From NCBI RefSeq assembly GCF_000737315.1, contig NZ_JMCB01000004.1:206001-268000 (forward strand): a stretch of 62,000 bases of DNA, read 5' to 3'. Below, piece by piece: positions 11,549 through 21,634 of this stretch. Within the stretch, counting starts at the first letter, position 1. Each line of letters begins with the position of its first letter. Made by a program: the position numbers and the translations under genes. The notes beneath the pieces were generated by a model that saw only the letters and a list, made by a program, of their open reading frames with translations, was not told where the DNA came from and made no database searches. The DNA is from Hyalangium minutum (GTDB lineage Bacteria; Myxococcota; Myxococcia; Myxococcales; Myxococcaceae).

Positions 11549-13009
11549 GTGGTTGTTGCCTCCGTCGCCATGGCCCGACTGATGGTCTCTTCTTCCTTCT
11601 CACGCAGCCTGATCCCGCTCCTGGTGGTGCTCGCCACGGCCGCGAGCGCGGATCCGGGCGTGGATGCCTGGCTCAAGGCCCGTGCCCAGGAGCAGTCCGC
11701 CTGGCTCTCCTCCTCGGGGGAGCGGGGCAATGCCTCCAGTGGCCCGCTGGGCCTGTGGCGTGAGCGCGCGGCCTCGGATCCCGGTATCCAGAACTTCGTC
11801 CCGCCTACCTCGCTGGCGCCGCTGATCCGCGCGGTGGAGGCCGGGGTCGTCAACATCACCACCGTGAATGCCCGGGATCGACAAGGGGTCGCCAAGCGAT
11901 CGACGGGCTCGGGCTTCGTGCTCACGCCGGATGGGCTGGTGGTGACGAACAACCACGTGGTGTCCCAGGCGGAGCAGATCGTCGTGCGCGTGGCGGACGG
12001 CCGCGAGTTCCCCGCCAAGGTGGTGGGGCGCGATGCGTCCACGGACGTGGCGCTGCTGAGCCTGGAGACCGCGGCCCGCGAGGATCTGCCCGCGGTGTAC
12101 CTGGGCGACTCGGACAAGCTCGAGGTGGGCGACTGGGTGGTGGCGATCGGCAACCCGTTCGGGCTGGATCACTCGGTGTCGCACGGGATGATCTCCGCCA
12201 AGGAGCGCGTGCTGGGGGTGGGCGTCTTCGATGACTTCATCCAGACGGACGCGCTGATCAACCCGGGCAACTCGGGTGGCCCGCTCTTCAACATGCGCGG
12301 CGAGGTGGTGGGCGTAAACACCGCCATCATGAGCCAGGGCCAGGGCATCGGCTTCGCGGTGCCCATCAACATGGTGAAGGACCTGCTGCCCAACTTGCGC
12401 GAGAACGGCCGGCTCGAGCGCGGATGGCTCGGGGTGGACATCGACGACGCGCGTGCCACGAGCGATGGGCGCTCGCTGGTGGTGAAGGCCGTGTACCGCA
12501 GGAGCCCGGCCGCCAACGCGGGCATCCTCCCGGGCGATCGCGTGGTGGCCGTCAACGGCCGGTCTATCGGCTCGTACCTGCAGTTGCTGCGCAAGGTGGC
12601 GCTGCTGGCGCCCGGCACCGAGGCGAAGCTGACGCTGATGCGCGGCACCGAGTCGAAGGAAGTCACGGTGAAGCTGGCCGCCCGCCCGGCTCCAGAGACA
12701 CTTCAGGCCATGGCCAGCCCCGGCAACATGGAGGATCTGGGCCTGGTGCTGAGGGATCTCTCGCCGGATGTGGCGCCTCAGATGGGCTACGAGCCCTACG
12801 TGGGGGTCCTCGTCACGGGCGTGGTTCCGCGCAGCCCGGCCGCGCAGGCGGGCTTGACCCCGGGAGACTTGCTCACCGAGGTGAATCGCCGCCGCGTGAA
12901 GGACGTGGCCGCCGTGCGTGCCACCCTGGAGAAGGGTGGGGCGGGCGCCAACGTCCTGCTGCGCGTGCAGCGCGGAGACATTCAGCAATACGTGGCGATC
13001 TCGCCGTGA
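11549..13009 (+). CDS. DegP/HtrA (Do family) serine protease with two PDZ domains
   Basis: Catalytic triad contexts TNNHV, DVALL and GNSGGPL; FIQTDALIN; two PDZ-like segments; signal peptide. Confidence 0.93.
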   Translation: MVVASVAMARLMVSSSFSRSLIPLLVVLATAASADPGVDAWLKARAQEQSAWLSSSGERGNASSGPLGLWRERAASDPGIQNFVPPTSLAPLIRAVEAGVVNITTVNARDRQGVAKRSTGSGFVLTPDGLVVTNNHVVSQAEQIVVRVADGREFPAKVVGRDASTDVALLSLETAAREDLPAVYLGDSDKLEVGDWVVAIGNPFGLDHSVSHGMISAKERVLGVGVFDDFIQTDALINPGNSGGPLFNMRGEVVGVNTAIMSQGQGIGFAVPINMVKDLLPNLRENGRLERGWLGVDIDDARATSDGRSLVVKAVYRRSPAANAGILPGDRVVAVNGRSIGSYLQLLRKVALLAPGTEAKLTLMRGTESKEVTVKLAARPAPETLQAMASPGNMEDLGLVLRDLSPDVAPQMGYEPYVGVLVTGVVPRSPAAQAGLTPGDLLTEVNRRRVKDVAAVRATLEKGGAGANVLLRVQRGDIQQYVAISP

Positions 13010-13109
13010 GCCTGGGGGTTGGCTGCTCCCCTGTTGTTCACTGCGTCAAAGCGCCCTGTGAGGGAGTAAGGTCGCGCTCCTCACCGTCTGACCGAGGATC
13101 CTCGGAGTC

Positions 13110-15773
13110 ATGCGCAAAAGCATCATCGGCGCAGCAGTCTTGCTAGGAGTGGGGCTCGCGCTCTTCTTCGTGTTGCGCGCGCCCGACCCGGAGAATGCCC
13201 CGGACGTGGAGGAAGGGTCGGAACGGGTCGAGGCTCGGACGGAGCGGCCGGGCACCGCGCTTCAGCCGGAGGCTCCCGAGGATCTGGGGGCCCGCGGCTC
13301 CGCGGATCCGGGCAGCACGCCGGGGCTGTCGCAGCCCCCCTCGGAAGCGGACGGGGTGCTGGAGGTGGAGGTGGTCGCGGGCGAGCGGCCGGTGCCCGGC
13401 GCCACCGTGCGGTTGTACTGGCGGGGGCCTCGCGACCCGAACCTCAATGAGGTGTCGTGGCGGCTGGCGAGCACGGGCGTCACGGATGCGCAGGGGCGGG
13501 CGCGGCTGGCTTCCCGGCCCGGCGGCTATCAAGTCGCGGTGCGTGCACAGGGCTATGGGCCGGTGCTGCGCGACGTGGTGCGCCCCTATGGAGAGGCGCG
13601 CACGCTCATGAGGCTCTCGCTGGAGCCGGGACAGACGCTCACGGGCCACACGGTGGAGGCCGACACGCCAGATCCGTTACCGCTGGTGGAACTCGTCCTC
13701 ACGGCGCATGGGCGCAAGCTGGAACGGTGGCAGGACGCGGCGGCCCCCGCGGAGGAGCGGGCGTACGCCTCGAGCAACGCGCGCGGAGACTTTCGTGTAG
13801 AGGGACTCGCGCCTGGGAACTACACGCTGGAGGCCCGGGCGGTGGGGTATGCCCGGACGGAGCTGCGGCCCGTGAAGGTTCCCTCCGTGGGGCCGCTCAC
13901 GGTCGAGCTGCGAAAGGCCGGAGTCATCGAAGGGTTCGTGGTGGACGCACAGGGGCACCCGGCTGCGGGAGCGGAGGTGCAGGTGGGCGGACGCGTGCCC
14001 GAAGTCGCCACCACGGGCGAGGGCGGAGGCTTCTCGGTGGAGGTCGAGCCCGGGGACCATACCGTATCCGCGCGCCGGGGCTCCGAGGCCGGCTCCCTGC
14101 CCAACTCGATCATCATCGGCGCCGGAAAGACGGTGCGTGATTTGCGCATCCAACTGGGGCAGAGCGCCGTCCTGGAAGGGCGCGTGGTGGCGAACACTGC
14201 GGGCACACCGATCGAAGGCGCGCGGGTGGACGTGAGCCCCTACCGCAAGAGCGGCGACTCGGGCCGAGCGGTGACGGATGGCTCGGGGCGCTTCTCCGTG
14301 GGAGGCCTGGCGCCGGGCAGCTACGACGTGGTGGCGAGCGCTCCTGGGTTCTCCACCGTCTCGCGAAGCGGGCTGACGGTGGCCTCGGGCGAGCGCTTCT
14401 CCCTGGAGCTCAAGCTCACGGGCACCGGCGCGGTGGAAGGCTCCGTGCGGGACAGGGCGGGCCAGCCCGTGCCGGGCGCGCGGGTGTTGGGAGGCAGCCG
14501 CTGGGGCGGACTGCTGGGCGAGGCTCCGGCCGAGAGCCGCACGGACGCGGAGGGTCACTACCGTCTCGAGGGGGTGGCCGCTGGGGAACTCTTCTTGAGC
14601 GCTCGCTGGGAGGGAGCGCCGATGGGCTCCGTTCAGCAGGCGGAGGTGAAGGAGGGGAGCACCACGAAGGTGGACCTCACCCTGGACGCGACAGGGACGG
14701 TGGAGGGCGTGGTTCGCGCGGCGCAGGGAGCTCTGCCCCCCGAGCCCCTGAGCGTGAACGCGGTCAAGGCCACCCTGTCGCGCTCTGAAATGGATGTCAC
14801 CCAGGCCGAGACCGATGCGACGGGCCACTTCCGCCTGGTGCTCCCGCCCGGCCCCTATGAGGTGTGGTTGGTCTCTGGCAAACGCCTTCCACACTTGCTC
14901 CCGAAGCGGGTGCAGGTGGAGGCGGGGAAGACGGTGCAGACGGAGCTGACCTGGACGCCTCCAGAGGAGAAGCCCACCGAGGGCGGCATCCGGGGCATCG
15001 TTCTGGAGCCGGATGGGACGCCCTCCGTGAGCGCCTTCGTGACGCTCTCCGTCGAGGGTCCACGGTCTCGATACCGGATGGAGTCGACGGATGCAGCGGG
15101 GCGTTTCTCCTTCTCCTTCGACTCGGGGGACCCGGTGACGTCCTCGGCGCGGGTGCGCTTGAAGGCGCGCAACGGTGGGCGCACGGGCGAAGTCCCAGGT
15201 GTAAAGCCCGGAGAGCAGTCCGTGGTGGTGCGGCTCCAGCCCCCAGGCGCGTTGCGAGGCCAGGTCGTGCGTGCCAGCGGCGGGGCTCCTGTCCAGGGCT
15301 TCACCCTGACCCTCGAGAAAGATGGACCTGGTTCCTTCCTGGGAAACCGCGGCCCCTGGGAGTTTCCCGGCAACCGCTTCGAGCTCGGCGACGTGCCCGC
15401 TGAGGAGGTGAAGGTGCGAGTGAGGACGGAAGATGGCGCGACGGGCGAGGCGCTGACGTCCACGCGCCCGGGGGCGGTGTCCGAGGTGGAGGTGGCCTTG
15501 AAGTCCGCAGCCGGTGTCAGGGGCCGGGTGATGGATGGGAACACGAAGGAGCCGCTGGCCGATGCCTGGATCTTCGTCGAGGGCTCTGGGGCCGGGAGCT
15601 CTGACAGCCGGACGGGCGCCGATGGCCGCTTCAGCCTGGAGCGGCTGATGCCCGGGGCGTACACGCTCATGGTCATGGCGGGGCAGGGCCGGACGCCCGC
15701 GCGCCAGCCCGTGAAGTTGGAGGAGGGGCAGGTGCTCGATGTAGGCGACATTTCCATCACCCGCTCGCCCTGA
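13110..15773 (+). CDS. Carboxypeptidase-regulatory-like (beta-sandwich repeat) membrane-anchored protein, copy 1
   Basis: N-terminal anchor followed by repeated G.V.D..G.P..GA.V / TD..G.F....L.PG.Y units. Confidence 0.8.
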   Translation: MRKSIIGAAVLLGVGLALFFVLRAPDPENAPDVEEGSERVEARTERPGTALQPEAPEDLGARGSADPGSTPGLSQPPSEADGVLEVEVVAGERPVPGATVRLYWRGPRDPNLNEVSWRLASTGVTDAQGRARLASRPGGYQVAVRAQGYGPVLRDVVRPYGEARTLMRLSLEPGQTLTGHTVEADTPDPLPLVELVLTAHGRKLERWQDAAAPAEERAYASSNARGDFRVEGLAPGNYTLEARAVGYARTELRPVKVPSVGPLTVELRKAGVIEGFVVDAQGHPAAGAEVQVGGRVPEVATTGEGGGFSVEVEPGDHTVSARRGSEAGSLPNSIIIGAGKTVRDLRIQLGQSAVLEGRVVANTAGTPIEGARVDVSPYRKSGDSGRAVTDGSGRFSVGGLAPGSYDVVASAPGFSTVSRSGLTVASGERFSLELKLTGTGAVEGSVRDRAGQPVPGARVLGGSRWGGLLGEAPAESRTDAEGHYRLEGVAAGELFLSARWEGAPMGSVQQAEVKEGSTTKVDLTLDATGTVEGVVRAAQGALPPEPLSVNAVKATLSRSEMDVTQAETDATGHFRLVLPPGPYEVWLVSGKRLPHLLPKRVQVEAGKTVQTELTWTPPEEKPTEGGIRGIVLEPDGTPSVSAFVTLSVEGPRSRYRMESTDAAGRFSFSFDSGDPVTSSARVRLKARNGGRTGEVPGVKPGEQSVVVRLQPPGALRGQVVRASGGAPVQGFTLTLEKDGPGSFLGNRGPWEFPGNRFELGDVPAEEVKVRVRTEDGATGEALTSTRPGAVSEVEVALKSAAGVRGRVMDGNTKEPLADAWIFVEGSGAGSSDSRTGADGRFSLERLMPGAYTLMVMAGQGRTPARQPVKLEEGQVLDVGDISITRSP

Positions 15774-15788
15774 GTTCAGGAACCCGGT

Positions 15789-18449
15789 ATGCGCAAGCTC
15801 GTCATCACGGTGGGGATTCTGGTGGGGTTGGGGCTCGTGGTCCTTTGGTTCTGGAGCCCGGGAGGCCCAGTCCCCTCCACGGACACGGAGGGGGAAGGGC
15901 GGAGTCAGCGCCGGCAGGCCATGGCCCGGCCCGGCTCCGCGCAGCTGGAGAGTCCCGAGGACATGGGGGCTCGGGGCAGCGCGGACGCGGGCAGTACGCC
16001 CTCGCTGGCGCAGCCTCCCTCGGAGGCGGACGGGGTGCTGGAGGTGGAGGTGGTTGCAGGCTCGAAGCCAGTGCCAGGCGCCAGCGTGCGGCTGTACTGG
16101 CGGGGGCCTCGGGATCCGAGCCTGGATGAGGTGGCCTGGCGGCTGGCGAGCGCCGGCCTCACGGATGAGCAGGGGTGGGCACGGCTGGCGTCGAGGCCGG
16201 GAGGCTACCTGCTGGCAGTGCGCGCGCAGGGCTACGGCCCGGTGATGCGAGACGTGGTGCGGCCCTATGGCGAGGCGCGCACGCGGATGCGGATCTCGTT
16301 GGAGCCCGGCCAGACGCTCACGGGGCGCACGGTGGAGGCGGGCACGAAGGATCCGCTACCGCTGGTAGAGCTCTCGCTGACCGCCTACGGCCGGGGAGAG
16401 CAGGAGGCCTGGCAGAGCGCCGAAGCGCCAGCGGAGGAGCGCATCTACGCCGCGAGTGACGCGCGTGGGAACTTCCGCGTGGAGGGGCTTGCCCCTGGGA
16501 GCTACCAGCTGGAAGCCAAGGCGGTGGGGCATGTCCGAGCCGTGCAGAAGCGCGTGAAGGTGCCCGCTTCGGGGCCGATCACGGTGGAGCTCCAGTCTGC
16601 CGGAGTCATCGAGGGCTTCGTGGTGGACGCACAGGGGCGCCCGGCCGCGGGAGCCGAGGTGCACGTGGGCGGGCGCGTACCCGAGGTGGTCACCACCGGC
16701 GAGGGCGGCGGCTTCTCGGTGGAGACCGAGCCGGGGGCTCACATCGTGTCGGCGCGGAGGGGCAGTGAGGCGGGCTCGCTGCCCACCCCGGTCATCGTCA
16801 GCGCGGGCAAGACGGTGCGCGAGCTGCGGATCCAGCTGGGCCAGAGCGCGGCGCTGGAGGGCCACGTGGTGGCAAAGACGTCGGGCGCACCCATCGAAGG
16901 CGCGCGGGTGGACGTGAGCCCCTACGGCAACAGCGGGGACTCGGGCCGAGCGGTCACGGATGCGTCGGGCTTCTTCTCCGTGGGACAGCTGGCTCCGGGC
17001 AGCTATGACTTGGTGGTGTCCGCGCAGGGCTATGCGGAGGTCAACCGGCGCGCGCTGACGGTGTCTGCGGGCGAGCGCTTCTCCATCGAGCTCCAGCTTG
17101 CGGGGACCGGCGCGGTGGAGGGCTTCGTTCGGGACAGCTCGGGCCAGCCGGTAGCGGGTGCTCAGGTGGTGAGCAGCAACCGCTGGGGAGGCACGTGGGG
17201 CAGCACGCCGATAGAGGCCCGGGCCGACGCCCAGGGGCATTACCTTCTTGAAGGCCTGCCCGCGGGGCCGTTGAGCCTCACGGCGCGCAGGGAGAGCGCG
17301 ACCATTGGTGTCCGGCACATCGTGGAAATCACCGAGGACTCGACGGCGAAGCTGGACTTCACGCTGGAGGAGCCGGGCACCGTGGAGGGCAAGGTCATCC
17401 CGGCCCAGGGCTCCCTGCCTTCCGATCCCCTGGTCGTGCTGGCCTATCCCCGGGAGAGCACCGCCCAGGTCCCCTCGGACTTCCGGCCGATCGAGCTGGA
17501 GCCCTCGGGGACCTTCCGGATGACGCTGCAGCCGGGGGCCTACGACTTGCGCGTGGCGCTCTCGGAGCGCTGGCCCTTTGGCCCCAGCGAGTCGAAGTGG
17601 GTGAACGTGAAGGGGGGAGCAACTGTCCCGGTGGAGATTGTCTGGCAACCCGATGCGCGCGAGCAGGACGGCCTCGTGGGCACGGTCGTCGAGCCGGATG
17701 GCACGCCCTCGCCGCTGGCCTTCGTCACAGTGACTCCTGAGGAGGGGTGGCGAGGGCCGCGGAAGAACGTCCCCACGGATGAGCAGGGGCGCTTCTCGTT
17801 CACCCTCACGGAGGAGGAGGCCGCCTACGAGGGCCGGCTGAAGCTCGTGGCCCGGAACGGGGGCCGGCTGGGCGAGCTGCGAGGGGTCAAACCGGGAGAG
17901 CGGAGCCTCGTCGTGAAGCTCCAGCCCGCCGTGGGGATTCGGGGCAGGGTGGTGCGCGCCAACGGGGGTGAGCCGGTGAAGGGCTTCACCCTCTCCATGG
18001 AGTCGCTGGACCTGCGCAGCTTGCTCATGGACCAGTCCACGCTGGAGTTCCCGGGAGACCGCTTCGAGCTCCGGGAGGCCCCGTCCGAGCCCGTACGGCT
18101 GACGGCCCGGACGGAGAGCGGCCTGGGAGGATCTGTTGTGGTGACCCCGAGGGCTGGAACTCCCTCCGAGGTGGAGATCCCCCTGAAGGGCACGGCCACG
18201 CTTCGGGGCAAGGTGCTGGATACGGCGACCCAGCGGCCGCTGCCCGGGGCGCTCTACTTCGTCCTGGAGGATCGGCCCATGAATCCGGAGAACGCCACGG
18301 GCCCGGATGGGAGCTTCAAGATGGAGGGCGTCGGCGTGGGAGACCGCGTCCTCGTCATCCTGAGCGGCGACGAGTACAAGCGCGTGCCCGTGAAGCTGGA
18401 GGAGGGCCAGGAGAAGGACGTGGGAGACATCCTCCTCGGCGACTACTGA
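15789..18449 (+). CDS. Carboxypeptidase-regulatory-like repeat protein, copy 2 (tandem paralog)
   Basis: Same length and repeat layout as copy 1; shared blocks EADGVLEVEVVAG, RLYWRGPRDP and GDSGRAVTD. Confidence 0.8.
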   Translation: MRKLVITVGILVGLGLVVLWFWSPGGPVPSTDTEGEGRSQRRQAMARPGSAQLESPEDMGARGSADAGSTPSLAQPPSEADGVLEVEVVAGSKPVPGASVRLYWRGPRDPSLDEVAWRLASAGLTDEQGWARLASRPGGYLLAVRAQGYGPVMRDVVRPYGEARTRMRISLEPGQTLTGRTVEAGTKDPLPLVELSLTAYGRGEQEAWQSAEAPAEERIYAASDARGNFRVEGLAPGSYQLEAKAVGHVRAVQKRVKVPASGPITVELQSAGVIEGFVVDAQGRPAAGAEVHVGGRVPEVVTTGEGGGFSVETEPGAHIVSARRGSEAGSLPTPVIVSAGKTVRELRIQLGQSAALEGHVVAKTSGAPIEGARVDVSPYGNSGDSGRAVTDASGFFSVGQLAPGSYDLVVSAQGYAEVNRRALTVSAGERFSIELQLAGTGAVEGFVRDSSGQPVAGAQVVSSNRWGGTWGSTPIEARADAQGHYLLEGLPAGPLSLTARRESATIGVRHIVEITEDSTAKLDFTLEEPGTVEGKVIPAQGSLPSDPLVVLAYPRESTAQVPSDFRPIELEPSGTFRMTLQPGAYDLRVALSERWPFGPSESKWVNVKGGATVPVEIVWQPDAREQDGLVGTVVEPDGTPSPLAFVTVTPEEGWRGPRKNVPTDEQGRFSFTLTEEEAAYEGRLKLVARNGGRLGELRGVKPGERSLVVKLQPAVGIRGRVVRANGGEPVKGFTLSMESLDLRSLLMDQSTLEFPGDRFELREAPSEPVRLTARTESGLGGSVVVTPRAGTPSEVEIPLKGTATLRGKVLDTATQRPLPGALYFVLEDRPMNPENATGPDGSFKMEGVGVGDRVLVILSGDEYKRVPVKLEEGQEKDVGDILLGDY

Positions 18450-18458
18450 GGCCCGCGC

Positions 18459-19100
18459 CTACCGCTTCTTGGTGTTGGCGTCCTTGCCGTCCAGCCAGAG
18501 CCCGAGGTGATCGCCGGTGCGGCCCTCCGTCACCAGGACGGCCTCCAGGCGCGCGGCCACCCCGAAGATCTTCCCGCCGCCCGGCTTGGGCAGGCTCCAG
18601 ATGTCCAGCGGCGTGAACACCACCGACAACCGCACGGCCTTCGAGGAGAACGCCCGCGCGAACATGCCCCCGTTCCAGCCCTCGGGAGTGGTGCCCGTCA
18701 CCTTCAGCAGCGGGAGGACGGGGTTGCCCGCCGCATCCGTCTTCTTCGGCGTGCCGTGCGTCAGCGCGTACTTCCCGCCCGCGAAGAACGGCAGGATGTC
18801 GATGGCGTAGTCGCCCGTGGAGGGCTGGTACCCGGCCGGGGACACCATCGTCGCCACGTCCTCGGTGATGATCATGTACATCTTCTTGCCCTTGTAGGCC
18901 TTGCGGAACTCGTCCGCCTTGGTGCGGCAGTCCGGGCTGGCGAACATGTCCCCGCACTCGCCGATGTAGCGGTTGAGGAAGGCGCTCAGGCCTCCCAGCG
19001 GCTCCGCGGCGTCTCTCAGCCGGGCAAAGCGTTGATCCACGTCCGCCAACGCGAGCGCGGGCAGCAGCAGGGCGACGAGAGCGGCAAAGCAGCGGTTCAC
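18459..19100 (-). CDS. Secreted hypothetical protein typical of myxobacteria (possibly DUF6066, from recall)
   Basis: Likely GTG start at 19100, signal peptide ending ALA|D, coding-like codon usage. Confidence 0.6.
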   Translation of the reverse strand: MNRCFAALVALLLPALALADVDQRFARLRDAAEPLGGLSAFLNRYIGECGDMFASPDCRTKADEFRKAYKGKKMYMIITEDVATMVSPAGYQPSTGDYAIDILPFFAGGKYALTHGTPKKTDAAGNPVLPLLKVTGTTPEGWNGGMFARAFSSKAVRLSVVFTPLDIWSLPKPGGGKIFGVAARLEAVLVTEGRTGDHLGLWLDGKDANTKKR

Positions 19101-19265
19101 GGGGCAGGGCTCCCTGGAAAGAGGTGGGCCGCGCATCGTGCCACTCTGGATCGCTTCCGCCAGCCCCCCTTCACATTGGTACGTCCAGGTAGCATGTGGT
19201 GGATATTTTGACTACATGAGCCCACCATGTAGTTTTCGGGCCTCTCTTCTTGGAGGCACCACCGA

Positions 19266-19613
19266 GTGAACGAGCGCCGGGCACATCTTCGGTTCGACAA
19301 GGTCTTCACCGTGTACCTAACGACGCAGGACGGGATGACCCGGGGTATTGGGCGGAACATCAGCGCCCGGGGCCTGTTCGTGGAGACGCGCGAGCCGGTT
19401 CCGCTGGGCGAGAAGCTGAAGATCACCTTCGCGGGGGAGGACGGCACGGAGATGACGTGCCTGTGCGAGGTGCGCTACCAGGTGGCGCTGGCGTACGGGA
19501 AGCGGGACGGGCGCGAGGGCAACAGCCGGGGCGTGGGCCTGCGGATCGTGGCGTACGAGACCCAGGACGAGGCGCCGCTGCTGCTGGTGGACCGCGAGCG
19601 GGTGATGCACTGA
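19266..19613 (+). CDS. Single-domain PilZ protein
   Basis: ERRAHLR (RxxxR) and NISARG (D/NxSxxG) PilZ motifs. Confidence 0.88.
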   Translation: MNERRAHLRFDKVFTVYLTTQDGMTRGIGRNISARGLFVETREPVPLGEKLKITFAGEDGTEMTCLCEVRYQVALAYGKRDGREGNSRGVGLRIVAYETQDEAPLLLVDRERVMH

Positions 19614-19623
19614 GAAACACGAA

Positions 19624-19681
19624 GGGCCCGGCCCCTCATGGTGAGGAGACCGGGCCCCGGGGGCTCACGCCGTGAGGCGTG
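19624..19681. terminator. Hairpins between convergent pilZ and gdh
   Basis: GGGCCCGG/CCGGGCCC stem (19624-19657) with inner CCTCA/TGAGG, plus CACGCC-GTGA-GGCGTG GNRA hairpin (19666-19681). Confidence 0.55.
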
Positions 19682-19687
19682 GGCGGG

Positions 19688-21238
19688 TTACTGCGAGAAG
19701 CCCTCGAGCATGTAGTGGGCCTCGATGCGCTTGAGCGCGAGGATCATCGCGGCGCAGCGCGGGTCCACCGTCTTGCTGATGCAGTAGCCGCGGCTGTCGT
19801 GCATGTCCGTCTTGCGCGGCTGGTTGCGGGAGATGTCGCGGATGATGCGGTAGTTGCGCTTCATCGCCTTCTCCAGGCGCTGATCCACCTCCGACTCGCT
19901 CCAGCGCTCCATGCGCTTGTTCTGGATCCACTCGTAGTAGCTCACCGTCACGCCGCCGGCGTTGGCGATGATGTCGGGGATCAGGTCGATGCCGCGCTTC
20001 TGGAGGACGCGGTCGGCCTCGGGGGTGGTGGGGCCGTTGGCGCCCTCGGCGACGAGCTTGACCTTGAGGCGCTCGGCCACGTCGGCGGTGATCTCACCCC
20101 CGAGCGCGGCGGGGATGAGCATGTCGGCCTGGATCTCCCAGAGGTCCTTCTTCTCGATCTTCTGGGCGCCGGGGAAGCCCGCCACGCTCCGCTTGAGGTT
20201 CTTCGGGTCGCTGACGTAGGCCATGAGGGCGTGCACGTCGATGCCGTCGCCGTTGTAGATGGAGCCGTCGGCGTCATTGACGGCCAGCAGGCGGGCGCCC
20301 ATGTTGGCGAGGATGGCGGCGCCGTGGCTGCCCACGTTGCCGAAGCCCTGGAGGACGAACGTCTTGCCCTTCACGGACTCGCCGCGGTCGGCGTAGTAGT
20401 CCTCGATGCAGTAGGCGACGCCCTGGCCGGTGGCCTTCACGCGGCCCTCGGAGCCGCCGATGCGCACGTCCTTGCCGGTGACGATGCCGCGCAGGTTGTG
20501 GCGCTCGCGCTCACCGTCCGAGTACTCGCGGAGCATGAGGGCCATGATCTCCCCGTTGGTGCCCACATCCGGGGCGGGGATGTCGATGTTGGGGCCGATC
20601 ATGCTCTTGAGCTTGTACATGAAGCGCAGGGTGATGTTCTCCAGCTCCTCCCGGCCGTACTGGCGCGGGTCGATCTGGATGCCACCCTTGCCGCCGCCGA
20701 ACGGAACCTCGGAGATGGCCGTCTTCCAGGTCATCTCCGCGGCCAGGGCCTTGAAGAGGTCCAGGGAGACCTCGCGGTGGTAGCGGATGCCGCCCTTGTA
20801 GGGGCCGCGGGCCTGGTTGTGCTGGACGCGGTAGGCCTTGAAGCGCTGGGACTCACCGGGTACCAGCTGGTAGACGCCGCCATCCGGAAGGCGCAGGTGG
20901 CCGCGGCGGATGTTGACGTCCGAGCCCAGCAGGGCGCGTCCGTTGAGAATGATCTTCCCGTCGGCCAGGCGCTCAAGTCCGTCGGGGTTGCGGACCTGGG
21001 TGACGGACAGATCCGAGAAGGCCTTGGCCTCCTCGGGGGCCAGGGGGACCAAGCGGTCCTTCAGCTTGGTGGTGACGTAGAAGATGTGCTCGTAGTCGGG
21101 CTCTTCCAGCTCGAGGCGAACGCGCTTGTCCAGACCGATCAGATCGGCGGCGCGGTGGAAGATCTCCATTGCCTCCGTGTAGATGGTCCGCTTGGGAGAG
21201 GGCGCGGGGGCGCGCATGAAGTTCTCTTCGCTAGCCAT
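19688..21238 (-). CDS. gdhA: Glutamate dehydrogenase (Glu/Leu/Phe/Val dehydrogenase family)
   Basis: YRVQHN, GPYKGGIRY, MTWK, GGGKGG, DIPAPDV, QGFGNVG, EGANGP and NAGGVTVSYYEW (Glu-type Lys/Lys/Ser residues). Confidence 0.92.
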   Translation of the reverse strand: MASEENFMRAPAPSPKRTIYTEAMEIFHRAADLIGLDKRVRLELEEPDYEHIFYVTTKLKDRLVPLAPEEAKAFSDLSVTQVRNPDGLERLADGKIILNGRALLGSDVNIRRGHLRLPDGGVYQLVPGESQRFKAYRVQHNQARGPYKGGIRYHREVSLDLFKALAAEMTWKTAISEVPFGGGKGGIQIDPRQYGREELENITLRFMYKLKSMIGPNIDIPAPDVGTNGEIMALMLREYSDGERERHNLRGIVTGKDVRIGGSEGRVKATGQGVAYCIEDYYADRGESVKGKTFVLQGFGNVGSHGAAILANMGARLLAVNDADGSIYNGDGIDVHALMAYVSDPKNLKRSVAGFPGAQKIEKKDLWEIQADMLIPAALGGEITADVAERLKVKLVAEGANGPTTPEADRVLQKRGIDLIPDIIANAGGVTVSYYEWIQNKRMERWSESEVDQRLEKAMKRNYRIIRDISRNQPRKTDMHDSRGYCISKTVDPRCAAMILALKRIEAHYMLEGFSQ

Positions 21239-21305
21239 GTGCTGCTCCTTGCGTGAGGCGAAGGGGGTTTAGCCGTGGCCCTTATGCTCATAGGGCGTCA
21301 GCGGA

Positions 21306-21381
21306 AGCAACCCGCGCCCCGTGCGCGAAAGTGCAAAAACTAATGGAATCTCAAGCACTTAGCCGACGCACTGTGTCACAG
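21306..21381 (-). promoter_or_regulatory. Candidate sigma54 promoter, IHF-like site and upstream palindrome for gdhA
   Basis: Minus strand CGGGGCGCGGGTTGCT has GG-N10-GC spacing with TTGCT (21306-21321). IHF-like TCTCAAGCACTTA at 21349-21361. Palindrome CTGTG-T-CACAG at 21371-21381. Confidence 0.35.
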
Positions 21382-21472
21382 AAGACCTCACGACCGGTCG
21401 GTAGGGGAGCGGGCCCGAAACAAATGCATTGCCCTGCCAGAGGGTGCATGGTAATTCGCCGCGCCACGCCGC

Positions 21473-21548
<76 letters not shown>

Positions 21549-21565
21549 AGAAGATCAGGTGTTTG

Positions 21566-21600
21566 AGGGCCGGTTGCCGCAAGGCAGTCGGCCCTTTTTC
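21566..21600 (+). terminator. Rho-independent terminator after tRNA-Thr
   Basis: AGGGCCGGTTGCC-GCAA-GGCAGTCGGCCCT stem (GNRA loop, two G-U pairs) followed by a T tract. Confidence 0.9.
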
Positions 21601-21634
21601 TTGGGCGTAGAGGAGGCCTGGAACGAGGGCAGAC

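Noticed and set aside
19679-21256. 525-aa plus-strand ORF opposite gdhA
   Set aside because: Long antisense ORFs are a known feature of GC-rich gdh genes; no independent evidence of coding.
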